DNA from: Nageia nagi
Taxonomy: Eukaryota; Plantae; Pinophyta
DNA length: 64,000 nucleotides
Assembly: GCA_050084985.1 (NCBI GenBank)
Contig: JBITNC010000002.1
Coordinates: 6,014,001-6,078,000, forward strand
Direction of reading: 5' to 3'
Both the position numbers and the translations under genes were made by a program. Positions 25,136-38,329 of this stretch are shown in pieces (position 1 is the first letter of the stretch; each line of letters begins with the position of its first letter). The notes beneath the pieces were generated by a model. The model was not told the origin of the DNA, did no database searches, and saw nothing but the letters and a program-made list of their open reading frames with translations.

Positions 25136-28100
25136 AATTTCGATTTTCATATAAGACATTTTGGATCCAGCACAAAACTTTGGAAAGGGAGAGGGACCAA
25201 GCTTCAATTCTGTAAACTTAAAAATTGTTGAACCTTTCCCCAATTCACGTGTTCCGGAGAAGTTTTTTAACTTTGATTGAGCTAAAGCTACAATGTTCAA
25301 AACTTCATAAGATGTTTGCCCATGTTTTTGCAACAATTGCCGTAAACCAACCCCAACCTGTGCCCAAGAATCAAAGAGTTTTAACAAATTTGCCTCGTCA
25401 AAAGAAGATAGCAGTGCTTCCACGTCATCAGCTTGCTCACTAATTTTTTGAATATTTTCTAAGAATTCTGATTCCGAGATCGGTGAGTCATCAATCCTCC
25501 ATAATTTTGGGACTCCCAATGTGGATAATTTTTTCAGCTCTATCTTGAGAGTCTATTCCTTGCACTTGATTTAACACACTGTTTGTGATATCTTGATAGA
25601 CCCATTTTTCTCGCATTGGGTAATTGATTGCTGCCATGAGTTCAACTCAGTCTTCAATATTTAGGACTTGTAAACCTTCATTGGAAATTTTATTTAGTTT
25701 TTTGTTTACCCTCTTGGCTTCCTCTTATATAGGAAAGAGGATACTCTCACTCCTACTAACATCTACTTCAAGCCATTTCAGTTCCAATAAACACATTTCC
25801 ACATGGTTCCTGAGATGAATCAAGACCTTGATTTCTTGGGACCTTTGTTTCCAAAATTTTGCCGTTATGGTTAGCAAGAATCCTTAACCACTTTGTACTT
25901 GCTCATGCTCTATTGTAATTGAGCTATATTGGCATTTAAATTATCAATGATTGGATCTTTTGATGCAACTTTTTCCATCCTTGTGGCTATTTTCGCATCT
26001 TTTTCGATCATAAGGATGCTATCAATAGGAGCCAAAGCTAAATTTGCTCTCAAAATAGCTACATCATTATCGGTAACTTTTAGCTTGATATTTTGTATAG
26101 CCAACTGCTTCTTTATCGCTTCATGAGCTTTTTGAACTTTGTTATACTCGGCTTCCAATTTGGTTAACTCTGATATGTTCAAGTCTACAGTAGTTTGCAA
26201 TAGCTCATTCTTGTTGCTCTGAGGAATGCTTCTCATGTTTATTTTCACCTGGGTGTTTATGGAAGTTAAATCACTTTGCCCTTCCTGGAGATCCTGGGCT
26301 ATAGCCATCTTTAGCACTTTATTTTTTGAATCTATAGAAGTCTGGAGCCTTACTAGATTATTCGACATTGGGATTTTCTTCAATTGCCTCTACATCCATT
26401 CTTCTTGGTTGCTCTTCATTTGTTGGTATTGTTGCATAATACCGTCAATAGACACCTGCTGCTAGATATAATGATGAATGAAACCCAAATCCTAGGAGAT
26501 GGAGGCCAAAACTTATTTTGCTGGTGTTGTAAGATTGGCTTGGCTAGAACTTAGGCCGCTGCTATTGATGGGATTTACTAGGAATGGTGGAGGTGATGAT
26601 GGTATAGTGATGATGTTAGTGAGAGGAGTAACAAGGGAAATTGATGTAGAATGAGTAGGTTTATGCCATTGGGAAGGTAGAGGTAACACCGAAATTGGTT
26701 GTGTGGTGGGTGTTAGAGAGGTTGTCACAGTTGTAGAAAGGGGAACTTGAGTAGAAATGGGTGAGACAACTTGAACAGAAACTGGTATGATAGAGTTCAT
26801 AGCAGAGGTATTTGAAAGAGAAGTAGGAGAAAAAGAAAGCATACTTGTGGGAGCAAGTGTCCTCCTCTTCTTTTTAGGTGAAAGGGGAGCCTTATGAGCT
26901 TTCTTCTTCGCTGTATACACTTGTCACCCTTTTGGTGTCTCATGTATAGCTTGGAAGGTAGCCTCTCTAACCTCTTCTTCAACTTGCTTTTCTTGGCTAA
27001 TCCTTTGGGCTTCTGGTTGATCTTCTTCTTCTTCTTCATCATCACTTTTAGGATAATTTTCAATAGGGTCGTCTGAAGGGTGTTCCATCTTCCACATATC
27101 TTCGAACACATCGTGGAGGTTGAACACAAGGGGAGTGAATTTGTTCCCCGATTCAATTTGGTATTGGTTAAATGCAACATTTTTCTCTTCACTCCACTTA
27201 AGCCTTCTCAATATAGCCAAAAGATTTTTTTGGAATTGAATCTGTCCTTGGATTAAAAGCTGCTTTCTTTTCATAAAAATTCATCCATGATGATAGCATA
27301 TCTTTAGCAATCAAATACATAGGCATCGTTTTATCTTTCTCTCTCGGATTTGTCCATTTATCTAACTCTAGTTTAGCTTACGCTTTGAAGCTAGGAGGAT
27401 TGAGCTGATTTTTCAACCTTTTACCAAACACGTCTTCAGGATCGTATAACCTATATTGATTGATCCTTTTCAATTTCAACCTGAGCAGCTTCTCCTTTAG
27501 TTGGTCACCTCCTCCTCTACTTTGAAGTACCAAGTCATGCACCTTGTGAGGTAGAGCATAAACCAATCTCTTCTTAGCTGTAGCTCCGTATTTGGCATCT
27601 ACATAGTCTATTTGCCTTCTGTACTCCATACTGAAGATCCAATCAGTGACATGTATAAGCAATAAGAAAGGGGCACCAGTAAAACCATGAAGTTTGACAA
27701 ATGTTCCCTCTTCAATGAAGAACCAATCTCTAGTCTCACCATGAGGCATCCAAAGATATTATTTTGATGCTTGCGATAGCCTTGGAATTTCAGGAATGAA
27801 CAAACTCATGGTCAAAACTAAGAAATTTTCCACAAAACCATAGTAATCGATCGATGACCTTACTTTCTCAGTTCATTTATCCACAGACCTGAGGGACCCA
27901 TCTCCTTCATGCTTAATTAAGGTCAACTTTTTGAAGAATCTTGAATTTTGATGGATTAACAACCAAACAATATATGATGCATATGCAAAGTGAGAACCTT
28001 GATCAATTTCTTCTAGTTATTCTGAAATCCTATCTGAAATAGCAACAACCTAATCATAAATGGTGGGAGTATTTAGATGAGAGATTTGGTAGGCTATTGC

Positions 28101-28700
28101 GAGCTTTGCCAATGAAATATATTTATTTGACCTTTCCCTAGTTGCTACTAACAACATAGATAACAACAATTGCAAATGCGAGGAAAAATTGGATAAAAAC
28201 ACTTCAAAATTTGAAACTTCTAGGAAATTTACAGCACCTTCCACATTCATGTTTAACCAAGACAGGATATTCGTCCTCATGTTTGAGCTTGATCTTATAT
28301 CCCAATTTATCAAGATAGGGAAAGAAAATGGGGCAAGTGGATTAAAAGTGCTAGCTAAAGATGCGAGGTCTAGGCTGAGAATTACCCTTCCTTGTAAGTT
28401 TCTTATGACCCTCATTGTAGGATCAAATGCCCTTTTGATTAGCTCTATCAATTCTGGTATTGGAAAACATCTATGGGGAATAAAATACATAAGCCTCGAT
28501 CCCATTAGTGTGTGAACGATATGATTAAATCCAAAAATAGGACACTTACCTTTTGCGGTGCCCTTTGGATTCTTGTTCTAAGTCGTTATTTTAGTGTCCC
28601 ATAGCAACTTCATTGAATCTACAACCCTTTTGACTACCCTTCATGAAGTTGACACCATATTCCTTTCAGATTGCACTTCCAAGTATACTATGCTTCGACT
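25127..28700 (-). pseudogene. Disrupted extra ORF (~1100 aa if rejoined) between integrase and 3' LTR
   Basis: Chain of same-strand ORF fragments: 28050-28505, 27378-27749, 26924-27274, 26513-26920 (S/T/P-rich), 25910-26383 (coiled-coil-like) and 25127-25519. Confidence 0.7.
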
Positions 28701-29049
28701 TAATGATTCTGAACGATGCTTTGCGTTTCTTGGCTCTGTTGAAGACTAAGAATTTAGATAATTACTACTCTTCAAAAGCTCTGGAGTTTGTATGTTTTAA
28801 AATGTGCTGCCTTCACTACTTTTATGCTTAAATTCCCATGCCTCACATTTGCTTTTTCAATCGTGCGATATAATTGCTGTATCATTTGCATTAATAACTG
28901 ATTTGATACTTTCAGGCTTTTCTTGGGAACTCGATTCCAATGATGCTAAAAATGGCATGAGTCATTAAAATTATCATTGAACAAAATGTACTACTACTTT
29001 GGAAATTAAATGCAAAACATATCATATTTACAATATTTACAAGGGTAGT

Positions 29050-32000
29050 AAATTCTCTTTTAAAGGCATTCTCTTTTAAATGCTTCAAATGCTGCCCATT
29101 TACTAAAATTGGTAGCTTCCACCTATTCAATTTGGCTATTTCGAAAGTGTTTCTTCCAATGCATTTGGCTGACGTATGGTCTTGACCCCAAAGATTTGAA
29201 CTTTTTATGCTTTTTGAGTTTGGCTCTATCTTCGTTCCATTTGAAAATAAGATCCCCTTTAAAGATGTCTGGAGAAGCTTTCCGGGTATTAAACCACTTT
29301 TTTACAACTTCATTTCTCTTTTGTAAATCTAGATACGCCTTATTTTAGGATTCTTTCAGATGTAATAGTTTGTTCATCCGTACTTGTAGTGGTTCAAATT
29401 CTTCATCGTATTCTTGAAGTATTGTTAGAGCAGGAAGCTCTATATGACTTGGTAGCAAAGCCCTTTTCCCATATACCAATGCATATGGACTGACCTTAAT
29501 AGTTAACTTTATAGTGATTCTATTTACCCACAATGCCCAATTCAACTTCTCATGCTAGGTTTGGAGATTATCCTCTACAGTCCTCTTAAGAATCCTTAAC
29601 AAATTCTTATTTATCGATTCAACGAGTCCATCACCCTGTGGATAGTAATTTGAGAAAGTTTTCTAGTAAATTTCGTATCTCATAGCAAAATTGGTGATAT
29701 CTGTCCCTATAAATGCCAAGCCATTATCAGAGATGATCGTTTGAGGAATTCCATACCTGGTAATCAACTTTTCAATGAATTTTAGAATAGTTTTCTGGTT
29801 TGCCTCCTTCACAGCTTCTGCTTCGGCCCATCTGGTGAAATAGTTGATGGCGGTGAGGATGAATTTATGCTCGATCAAGGAATTTGGATTAATAATTTCA
29901 ATAAAGTCTAATCCCCACAGTTGGAAAGGTTCTTCCACCTGAATTGGTTCTAATGGTAAAACCACCTTTCTCTTCTTACCTACAAATCTTTCAAATTTCT
30001 CACAACATTGAACCTTCGTAAAAGTGTCTCTGAAAATAGTGGGCTAGAAATAACCTGCTTGAATTATTTTACCCACCATTGTATAACCAGAATAATGACC
30101 TCTAGATACCCCGAAATGAAACTCTTCAATTAGCTTTGCTATCATAGATGAAGGTATACACCTCAGCAATATTCCATCATGATTTCTTCTATACAGCACT
30201 TGCTTAATTTTTGTATAATTTTGGGTATGGATTTTAAATCTTCTCCTCTGTGATATGTTCAAATATGCGAGGATTTTACTAGATTCGAAATACCTGTTTA
30301 GTTGGCCCATCCAATCATTTTCCTCCATACCTAGTTCCTCATCTGAAATTACTTGTTCGATGAAATAAACACTATCTTTTGCTTCTACATCTCTGGCTAA
30401 TTTCTCACAAAGACTCTTCCTCTTATGAATTTAGTAGGTGTGATTTCCACATCATATCTTAAAATTTTAAAAATCCATCCCAATCTTCCCTCTTCGATTT
30501 CTCCTTGCATTATATAAGATCTAACATCTGGATGTATAGTTAAGACTAGGACTCTACTCTGACTTATATAATATTTCAACTTTCCTAAAGACTTTAGTAT
30601 TGCTAGGACTTGTTTTTCTACGAAAGTGTACTTCTCGTCACTCTTATTCATAGTTTGATTGAAAAAAGCAATAGAATATTTCTCATTCTTTTCAAATTTT
30701 TATGTTAGGATGGTTGCAATACTTGAACTATAGCAATACGCATACAAAATGAAATCTTTGCTGAAATCTAGGTTCCTTAAGATAGGCACCCTAGTTATTG
30801 CAAACTTGATTATTTGAAATGCTTCTTTACTTTCTTCAATCCATTCGAACACAACATTTTTCTTTAACATGAGAGTAATAGGCTTAACAATTCTTGAAAA
30901 ATCTTGAACAAATCTTCTTACAAAGTTAATTTGTCCTAGAAAAAATTGTAAGGCTTTTTTTTTCAAAGGGAGAGATAATTTGTTTATTGCTTCTATCCTA
31001 TTCGGATTGATAGCCCAACCTTCTCTTGAAATGACATGTCCAAGAAGCTTTCCCTCATCTATTGCAAAAAGGCCTTTTTGGATTTAAGGAAATTCCATAC
31101 CTTTTGCATTTGATAAAAACCTGCTCTAGATGCTGCACATGAGAACTTCTATTGTGAGAGAAAATAGTGATATCATCCAAATATACTAGCACACTTTTAT
31201 TTACCATTTCTCCAAAGGCATAGTCCATAGCTCTTTGAAAGGTTGCTTCTACATTTGATAATCCAAAAAGCATTCTTTGGAAAGCAAACATTCTCCATTT
31301 GGTTGTGAAAGCCGTTTTGAACTGATCTTCATTTTTTATCCAAACTTAGTTATACCTCGAAAAACCATCTAGTAATGAGAATCTTTTTGCTTCGACCATA
31401 GTATTTAATATTTGTTCCATAGGCGATAGAGGATAATGATATTTTAATGAGACTCTATTTAAACCTCTAAAATCCACACATAATCGAATCTCTCCATTTT
31501 TCTTTCTAACTGGGACTAAGTTTGCCATCTATGTAGAATGTTTAATAGGATATATGATACCATCTTTATACAATTTCAGAACTTCTTGCTTCATCACCAA
31601 TTCAATCTTGTGGTTTACTGGCCTTTGCTTTTGTCTAATAGGCTTGGCATCTTCAATCAATTCTATCATATGTTGAATTACAAATTTATCAAAAACCTTT
31701 AGATCATTGTACGACAAAGCAATTACATCAGCAAAAACCTTGCACAACTGAATAATCTCTTTGATCTAATCAGGGTTGTTACATATGCCATTTTTCAAAA
31801 TTTTTTTGAGAAGAATTTCATACTCCTTATGATTATCAAGGTTTATAATTATACCCTTTCTTCTTACCTGGTCATTTTTGTCAAACAACCATTCAAATGG
31901 GATTAGATCTTTAGGAATTATATTGTTATTCAATCAGATTATATCTTATTCTTGGAAGATGTTAGCATCTTCTTCTCCTATCGTATGACACATAGACTAT

Positions 32001-34904
32001 TGTAGCAAAAATTGATTGATTTGAGCCTCATCTCTAAAGATTTGCCAAAAGGAATCATTATCCGGAACAAAAGGTCTAAAGATAAGTTGAACCCCCTTTT
32101 TCTGAAACCAGTCATTGGTGGGATCAAAACTGGCTCCCATTTGAGCCAGTGCATCAGCTTCATGGTTTAATCTCCTTGGAATGGATTGTATGTGCAGAGC
32201 TTCAAAATTTTCAAATAGATCCTACATTATTACTATAAGACTTTAAATAATGATGTTTAACATAACACTTTCCTGTGACTTAGTTTACAATCAACTCTGA
32301 GTCTCCTTTAATTTTCACATAGTGGATTTGCATTTTAATTAATTGCTCCAAGCCAAGCCAAAGGGCTTCATACTCAGCCGTATTATTGGTGCACATCCAT
32401 GTGAGCCTATAGGAGAATTTATGAATTTTTTCCATTGGATCAATAAGGACAATCCTAGTAGCTAACCCATTTACCCATTTCTAGATTTGGTTCCATCAAA
32501 GAACATTTCTCAGACTTCACCTCTTCTGAACTCTTCGCTAGTGAGCTTTGGGATGAAAGGTTTTGGTTCCATGAAACAATAATTCCTGAACTCCATGTCA
32601 TAAGTGGTGTTAACCATATTCATAAACATGAGGTCTTTGGCTTGTAATTCTTCCAACAACAGCTCACTCTCTTCTAACTCACTCAGGATTGCATTGATCT
32701 CCTTCTTTTCTACATGAACATCAAATTTTTTTTCATTATCCAACCTTACTCTTTTGTCTTCATAAGGAATTAAATAATGAGTGTAATCCATTGTTAAATA
32801 ACCCTCTATTTTTGCTGTGAATTCTTTGGATAGACATAACCCAAAAAGAAAAGTAAGTTCAACTACTACAATTTCTTGAGTGATAATCATAAAAGGACAC
32901 TTAAGTATCTTCAGTTTTAACTAGGGTTGAGTCTAACTACAACACTCTTATGGATGTTCTAGTGAGAGGTAGCCCCATTACATCACATACTGCTTTAGGC
33001 ATGATGGTAGTGGCTGCTTTGGAATCAACTAGATAGTTATGTAGCACATATCCATTGACCTCTAGACTCATAAAAAGTTGGTGGTTTATTTTTTCCCATC
33101 CTCAGATATTTGCATGTCTCAAACAAATTCAACTCCCTATCCATTCCTTCATTTAATGCTGTAAGAGATGCCCTTAGTAAATCGATTTGTCTAGGGATTT
33201 TAAAGCATCAAATAAAGATATCTTTGAAGGGGTTCTCTTTAATTCTTCTACAATATTGAAATCATGAACGACTGGAGGCTTACCTTCTTTGTTAGTAAAC
33301 CTTTGTTGAAACTATTGAGTATCATCCCTCCTCTGATGCTTGGTGAGTGAGGGGAATCTTAACTTTTGGACCATCTGATCATTGATTTCATCAACTTTAG
33401 GCATCTATCTAGCTTTCAAAATTGAAAATTTATGAGATGCAACCTCTTTTGGGAGTGTCATGTTTGTAGAACTGGGAGCTATATCGAGCTTCTTGGAGGT
33501 TACTGGATCATGAACTTTTGAAGATTTAGCTCTTTTATTTAGTAGATTTGATACATGAAGCCTATTTGTAGACCTTCATTCTACAATAAAAACACCTACA
33601 TCGATTGGGGCAAAATTCATCAAATTTACATTTTGACTCATGTCATCAGCCACACTAGGTGGAGGAATTCCTCCACTTTTAGACAAGTACTTTTGATATT
33701 GATATATAGGGTAAGAAGTTTGTTCATGAGCATCATTACAAGCTGAACATAAGCCTACTATCTATCTAAAATAAGCTTGATATGTAACTTCTAATAACAC
33801 ATGCTGATTTTGAGCTTTTCCTATAGTTTGATATGGGAATCTCCTGGCATTATTTTGTCTACTCAAGAGGGTGATTTGGTTTGCCATGTTCCTACACAAA
33901 GCTTTCAATTCTTGTATCTTGCTTTGAGAGGAAGCTACCTAATTTATCCCTAAGTAATATGGGGCTAGTAGAGCCAGAGGAGCTCTTGGGGTAGGCAAGG
34001 CTAATGGGAATTGTTGAGTTGATGTAGGAATACTAGCCAGAGGCAGGGCCATACAAATTACTAAGGGTATTATTACTTGGTTTTGTGGTAACATTTGAAA
34101 GTATGGTACTAGCATGCAGTTGGGTAGTTTTCCTATAGAAATGAGACAAGTTTTAGCAAATGTTTCTTATTTATAAACCTCTAAAAAAGTGGTTATTCCA
34201 GAATTTTGAATTTGCAAAGAGAGATCTAAGGGAAAGGCTCTCAAATAATACATCAAAGCTTGAGATTTTGGGGCCTAATTGATACCAAACCATTTTCCAA
34301 ATTTTTGGAACCTAATATTAAAATCTAGAATATTCTCCTATTCATGTCTTTTGATAGAGGTGAACTGAGTTAGTAAGGAGAAGGGGTCTCCTTCTTCATT
34401 AAATTCTAGGATGAAAGGCTCTACAAACTGAGCCTAGGAAGTTATAGATCCACTAGCAAGGCTTCTATACCAATCAAGAACCCTACCCTTGAAAGATTGT
34501 GCTAGCAGTCTTACCATAACATCTTCATGCTAAATATTATGGAGCTTAACCAAATCGGTTACGTCTACACAGTGTTCATAGGCTATCTTCTCCGTGGTGG
34601 CATCAAACTCAGGTAGAGTTTTAAAAACATTTTTTGGGATATCATGCAATGTAGCTAGAGCCAAAGGTACCCCATCATCCCATGCAAGATAGATATTTGG
34701 ATTAGGATTAACCATTTTAGGAGGAGTAGTCCTAGTATGAAGGTCGAATGGTACTGTTTTGAATAGAGATTCTAAAGTGTTGATACTACTCAAAGATCTA
34801 GACTTGATTAGGGTATTTCTTCTAGGAGTACCAAGTTCATTAAAATTCAGGACCTCTTTAGCTATTTTGGATTTTGATCTTGTCCTCATGAACTCTAATA
34901 ACAA
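29050..34904 (-). pseudogene. Disrupted gag-pol polyprotein of Tat element
   Basis: gag (KTLPEFD..HEDVMVRLLAQSFKGRVLDWY, ~34100-34900); protease (LHNYLVDSKAATTIM, ~33030); aRH (MFFDG, CTNNTAEYEAL, KGDSELIV, NHEADALA, ~32140-32515); RT (LVPVRKKNGEIRLCVDFRGLN, VYLDD, ~31000-31750); RNase H (~30400-30750); integrase (WGLDFIE, YFTRWAEA, ISDNG, ~29100-30200). Confidence 0.92.
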
Positions 34905-34947
34905 CCAAAGAATTTAGGTTCCAGAAGTAGTAATGAGAACTATAAAT

Positions 34948-35024
34948 CTACCTTGATACATGCCATCAATACTACTTCCAATAGAGTCGCCAATGAAATT
35001 TTTTGAGTGCTACCTGACATGCCA
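34948..35024 (-). other. Tandem primer-binding sites (tRNA-Arg-type)
   Basis: - strand reads TGGCATGTCAGGTAGCAC (35024-35007), TGGCGACTCTATTGGAAG (34992-34975) and the weaker TGGCATGTATCAAGGTAG (34965-34948). Confidence 0.7.
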
Positions 35025-35034
35025 AAAGATAAAT

Positions 35035-36118
35035 TATTGATGGAAATTGAGGAATATATACACTCTTGGACAATTCAACCAAAGTATATCATGAACAGGC
35101 TAACATAATAACCTGATCTTCAAAGTAGGCCGATTTCTTATCCATTGGGTATAGATAAAAAGAGCAAATAACAAGAAAGAAACGAAAGAGGATAGAGTGC
35201 AAAGAATAAAACAAAAGAGATAGGGAGCAAGAGCAAAGCAAAAGGGGTAGATCACTAGTTTAGTGTAGGATTTCACATAGCATGGAACCTTGGCAAGAAT
35301 CTAGTGTATCAACCGCAGTGTAAGCTTTCATTCTCTAAATTATTCTTCAGCTCAACTCTTCCATATAAGCAGACACAATTATACCAACAACTCATTGTTA
35401 TCATTCAGGAAATATCCATTACTTGCCATAATATAACCAAATTAAGAATAATAACACCAAGTGTTGGACAAGAAAAGTCAAGATGGCATTGTATAATTGA
35501 AAGAACAAATGGTATTTGAAAATAAATACAATGGGAAATACTAGGGATTCCTTTTGTTACATTTGACATCATTGGTTTTTGGACCATTTGATTTGAAATT
35601 TCTTTATATTTTGTTGATGTCACTTCCTTTTTGCACTTTTGTAAGGTGAAGCAAATAACTTCGAGAGAATCAACTAACTTAGCTACCACGAAACTTTTAG
35701 CACTACTTGCTGACATCACTACTCTCGAGGTTCAATTTTAGACAAGCCTCTATTCTGCTAACGTCACTTTCTTTTATGTCCCATAACACTTAGCCATTGT
35801 GAAACTTTTAATAATACCTACTGACATCACTACTCCTAGGGTTTGATTTTAGAGGAGCCTCTACTTTGCTAACATCACTTCCTTTTATGTCCTGAAACAC
35901 TTAGCCATTGCAGAAATTTTAGCATTACCTGCTTATGTCACTACTCATAGGGTTCGGTTTTATACGAGCCTCTACTCTGCTGACATCACTTCTTTTATGT
36001 CCTAAAAATTTATTTTCTCATCAAAACTATCTGGAAGCTTGCTGAAACACTCTTCTTTTTGATAAGAACAATACATGCTAGAAAGCCACTAGAGTGTTGG
36101 GCTATGTATGCATATACA
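35035..36118 (-). repeat. LTR (1084 bp), 5' LTR relative to gag-pol
   Basis: tattgatggaaattgag..gcatataca; three 111-bp repeats at 35677, 35788 and 35899. Confidence 0.93.
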
Positions 36119-38329
36119 CTTCATGTGAGTGAGTTCTAAGATAAATATTTTGTTTTCTTCTTTATGGTTACCAAAGCTAAGAAATTCAAATTGAGGATAG
36201 GTATCTCTAATAGAACAAGCAAATTGTCAATCTTCATCTTTCTTACATTACTTACAAATATTAGTGTGCAGACATCTAAAATTCACATTGGCAATTGGTT
36301 GGATAGTTTGTAAATCAATTGGGTGATTTATTCTATTCTTGAATCAGTTGAATGATTACAACATTTGATCAAACAATTTCACAACTACCTCTTAAACAGA
36401 GTTAAAACACTCTATTTGCTTGTTACGCATCTTTGAACTTGGAAACATATCATTTTATGCCTATCCGACCCCCTTGCATGCAACCTCATTAGGGTACATG
36501 CAACCTCAATGCAATTAATCTTAGTTTCTCCATTTTAACCTATAAATTAACTATGAAGGCTATATAGGGTTTAAAATGTATTCTTCAAATTATGCGCAAC
36601 TTTGGGGTCCTTACTAGACCTTCCGACAATGATTTCCTAGTGACTGAATTATGCACATGATAATTCCTTTACCATTCATGCTATTATTGTGTGTGTAATC
36701 TTCTTTCAATTATTGTGAGTGTAACTCTATTGAATGTTACATTTTGTGAACATTTCCAGATGAGTGAATTTAGGATATTAACTTCTATGTGATTCTTACC
36801 AATTTTTTAACCTCTCTGTAATTCCTTCGTGAATGATTTTCCAACATTAATGCCACCACTAACACAAGAAATTGCATTAATGATGAAGGCTATTTAGAAT
36901 GAATTCATTTTTTTTTTCATTTCAATTTCATTTTGAGTGAGATTCCTCCTCCAATCCTTCTTGCAATGTTTCTTGAATTCTATAATCAATTTTTTGCTCT
37001 CCAAGCTCATCTCTCGATTAGTTTCTCAGCTGAACTCTATCATTGGATTTCTGCTCTCCAATCTCGATCAGTTTCAGAGCCCAAAGGTAATTGCTAGTTT
37101 CTCATAAAGTGATATTGTCCACATAATAGGGAATAGGTTTAATGTGCTTATGGTTGTATTTCGTATATATTTTTAGGTGTTGGTTATTTAACCTCCAAAA
37201 TTCCTTCTACTCTAACATGCTATCCCTTCAGTATGCATGTATGATCCAACAAGCTATGCCATGGGATTTATATGAACTTTGATTATCCTCGACTCAAGGT
37301 GCATCATTTAATCCTCCATGAGCATGGGTCATCGGGTCATGCCTATCATGGCATGCTATCACCTTCATGCCCATGGAGGATTAATTGACTTTCATTTAGC
37401 CTATCTACTATACAATGTCTGATTAACTTTGCATCTAAACACCATTTGATTATTCTACTCTCAACACCATTCGATTATGCAAGATTAACTAGTGTTCAAT
37501 TAGACAATGTGTCAAAAATGTTCGATTAACCCATGATATCGAACAACCATTTGGGCTAAGAATTGTTTGATTAACCTAAAAATTGATGATGCTTGATTAA
37601 CCTCTCGATATTGATGACATTTGATTAACCTCAATTTTTTTGGGCTTACCACCTTGAACATTTATCTTGCATGTCGAGGATGTCATTAATGGCTTAGGCT
37701 AATCAAATTGTATTTATGGGGTTTATACGTAGGTCAATTAACCCAATGTTATATCACCCCTCCTCCATTTCGAATGCCACCAACCACTATACACACATAT
37801 GTTAATGCGAAGGTTTATCAAAATTCAATTAGACTCTTGGGTTCGCCACTTTGAACATCCATCTCACATATCAAGGATGTCATTAATGGTTTATGCTAAT
37901 TGAATTGTATTTATAAGGTTTATAAATAGGTCGATTAACCCATATGTCATATCATCCAACCTCCATTTTGAATGTTGCCAACCATCATACATGTTTTTGT
38001 TAATGTAGAGGTTAATCAAACTTCAATTAGACTCTATACATAGGTCGATTAACCTCTAACCCATTTGGTTTAACATGTGCGAAGGATTTTTGGCTTAATA
38101 AAATTGTATTAAGCCGATTAAATGAAGTTGGATTAACCCACTTTAAATAAATGAAGAGAGACACTAATGAAAAAATGTTCATTCTCATTTGCATTGTTTT
38201 GTGCATGCTTGGATGTGTATGTTGTAGAGAGCTCTTAGATGGGTAGCGAAGCTCAATACCAGGTAGTTTTTACAATTCCCTAGCTCTATTTATTTATTTC
38301 GTAGTCCATGAATGTCCACGCATGTCCTT

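Larger units (their letters stand above)
23808..36118 (-). mobile_element. Complete, degenerate Ty3/gypsy LTR retrotransposon, non-chromovirus Tat lineage (gag-PROT-aRH-RT-RH-INT plus 3' extra ORF)
   Basis: Paired LTRs 23808-25114 and 35035-36118; TSD CTTTA/CTTCA; gag-pol remnants on - strand with many stops and frameshifts. Confidence 0.93.

Noticed and set aside
25127-28700. Retroviral-type env gene
   Set aside because: No clear signal peptide or transmembrane helix in the fragments; reported as an extra ORF of unknown function.
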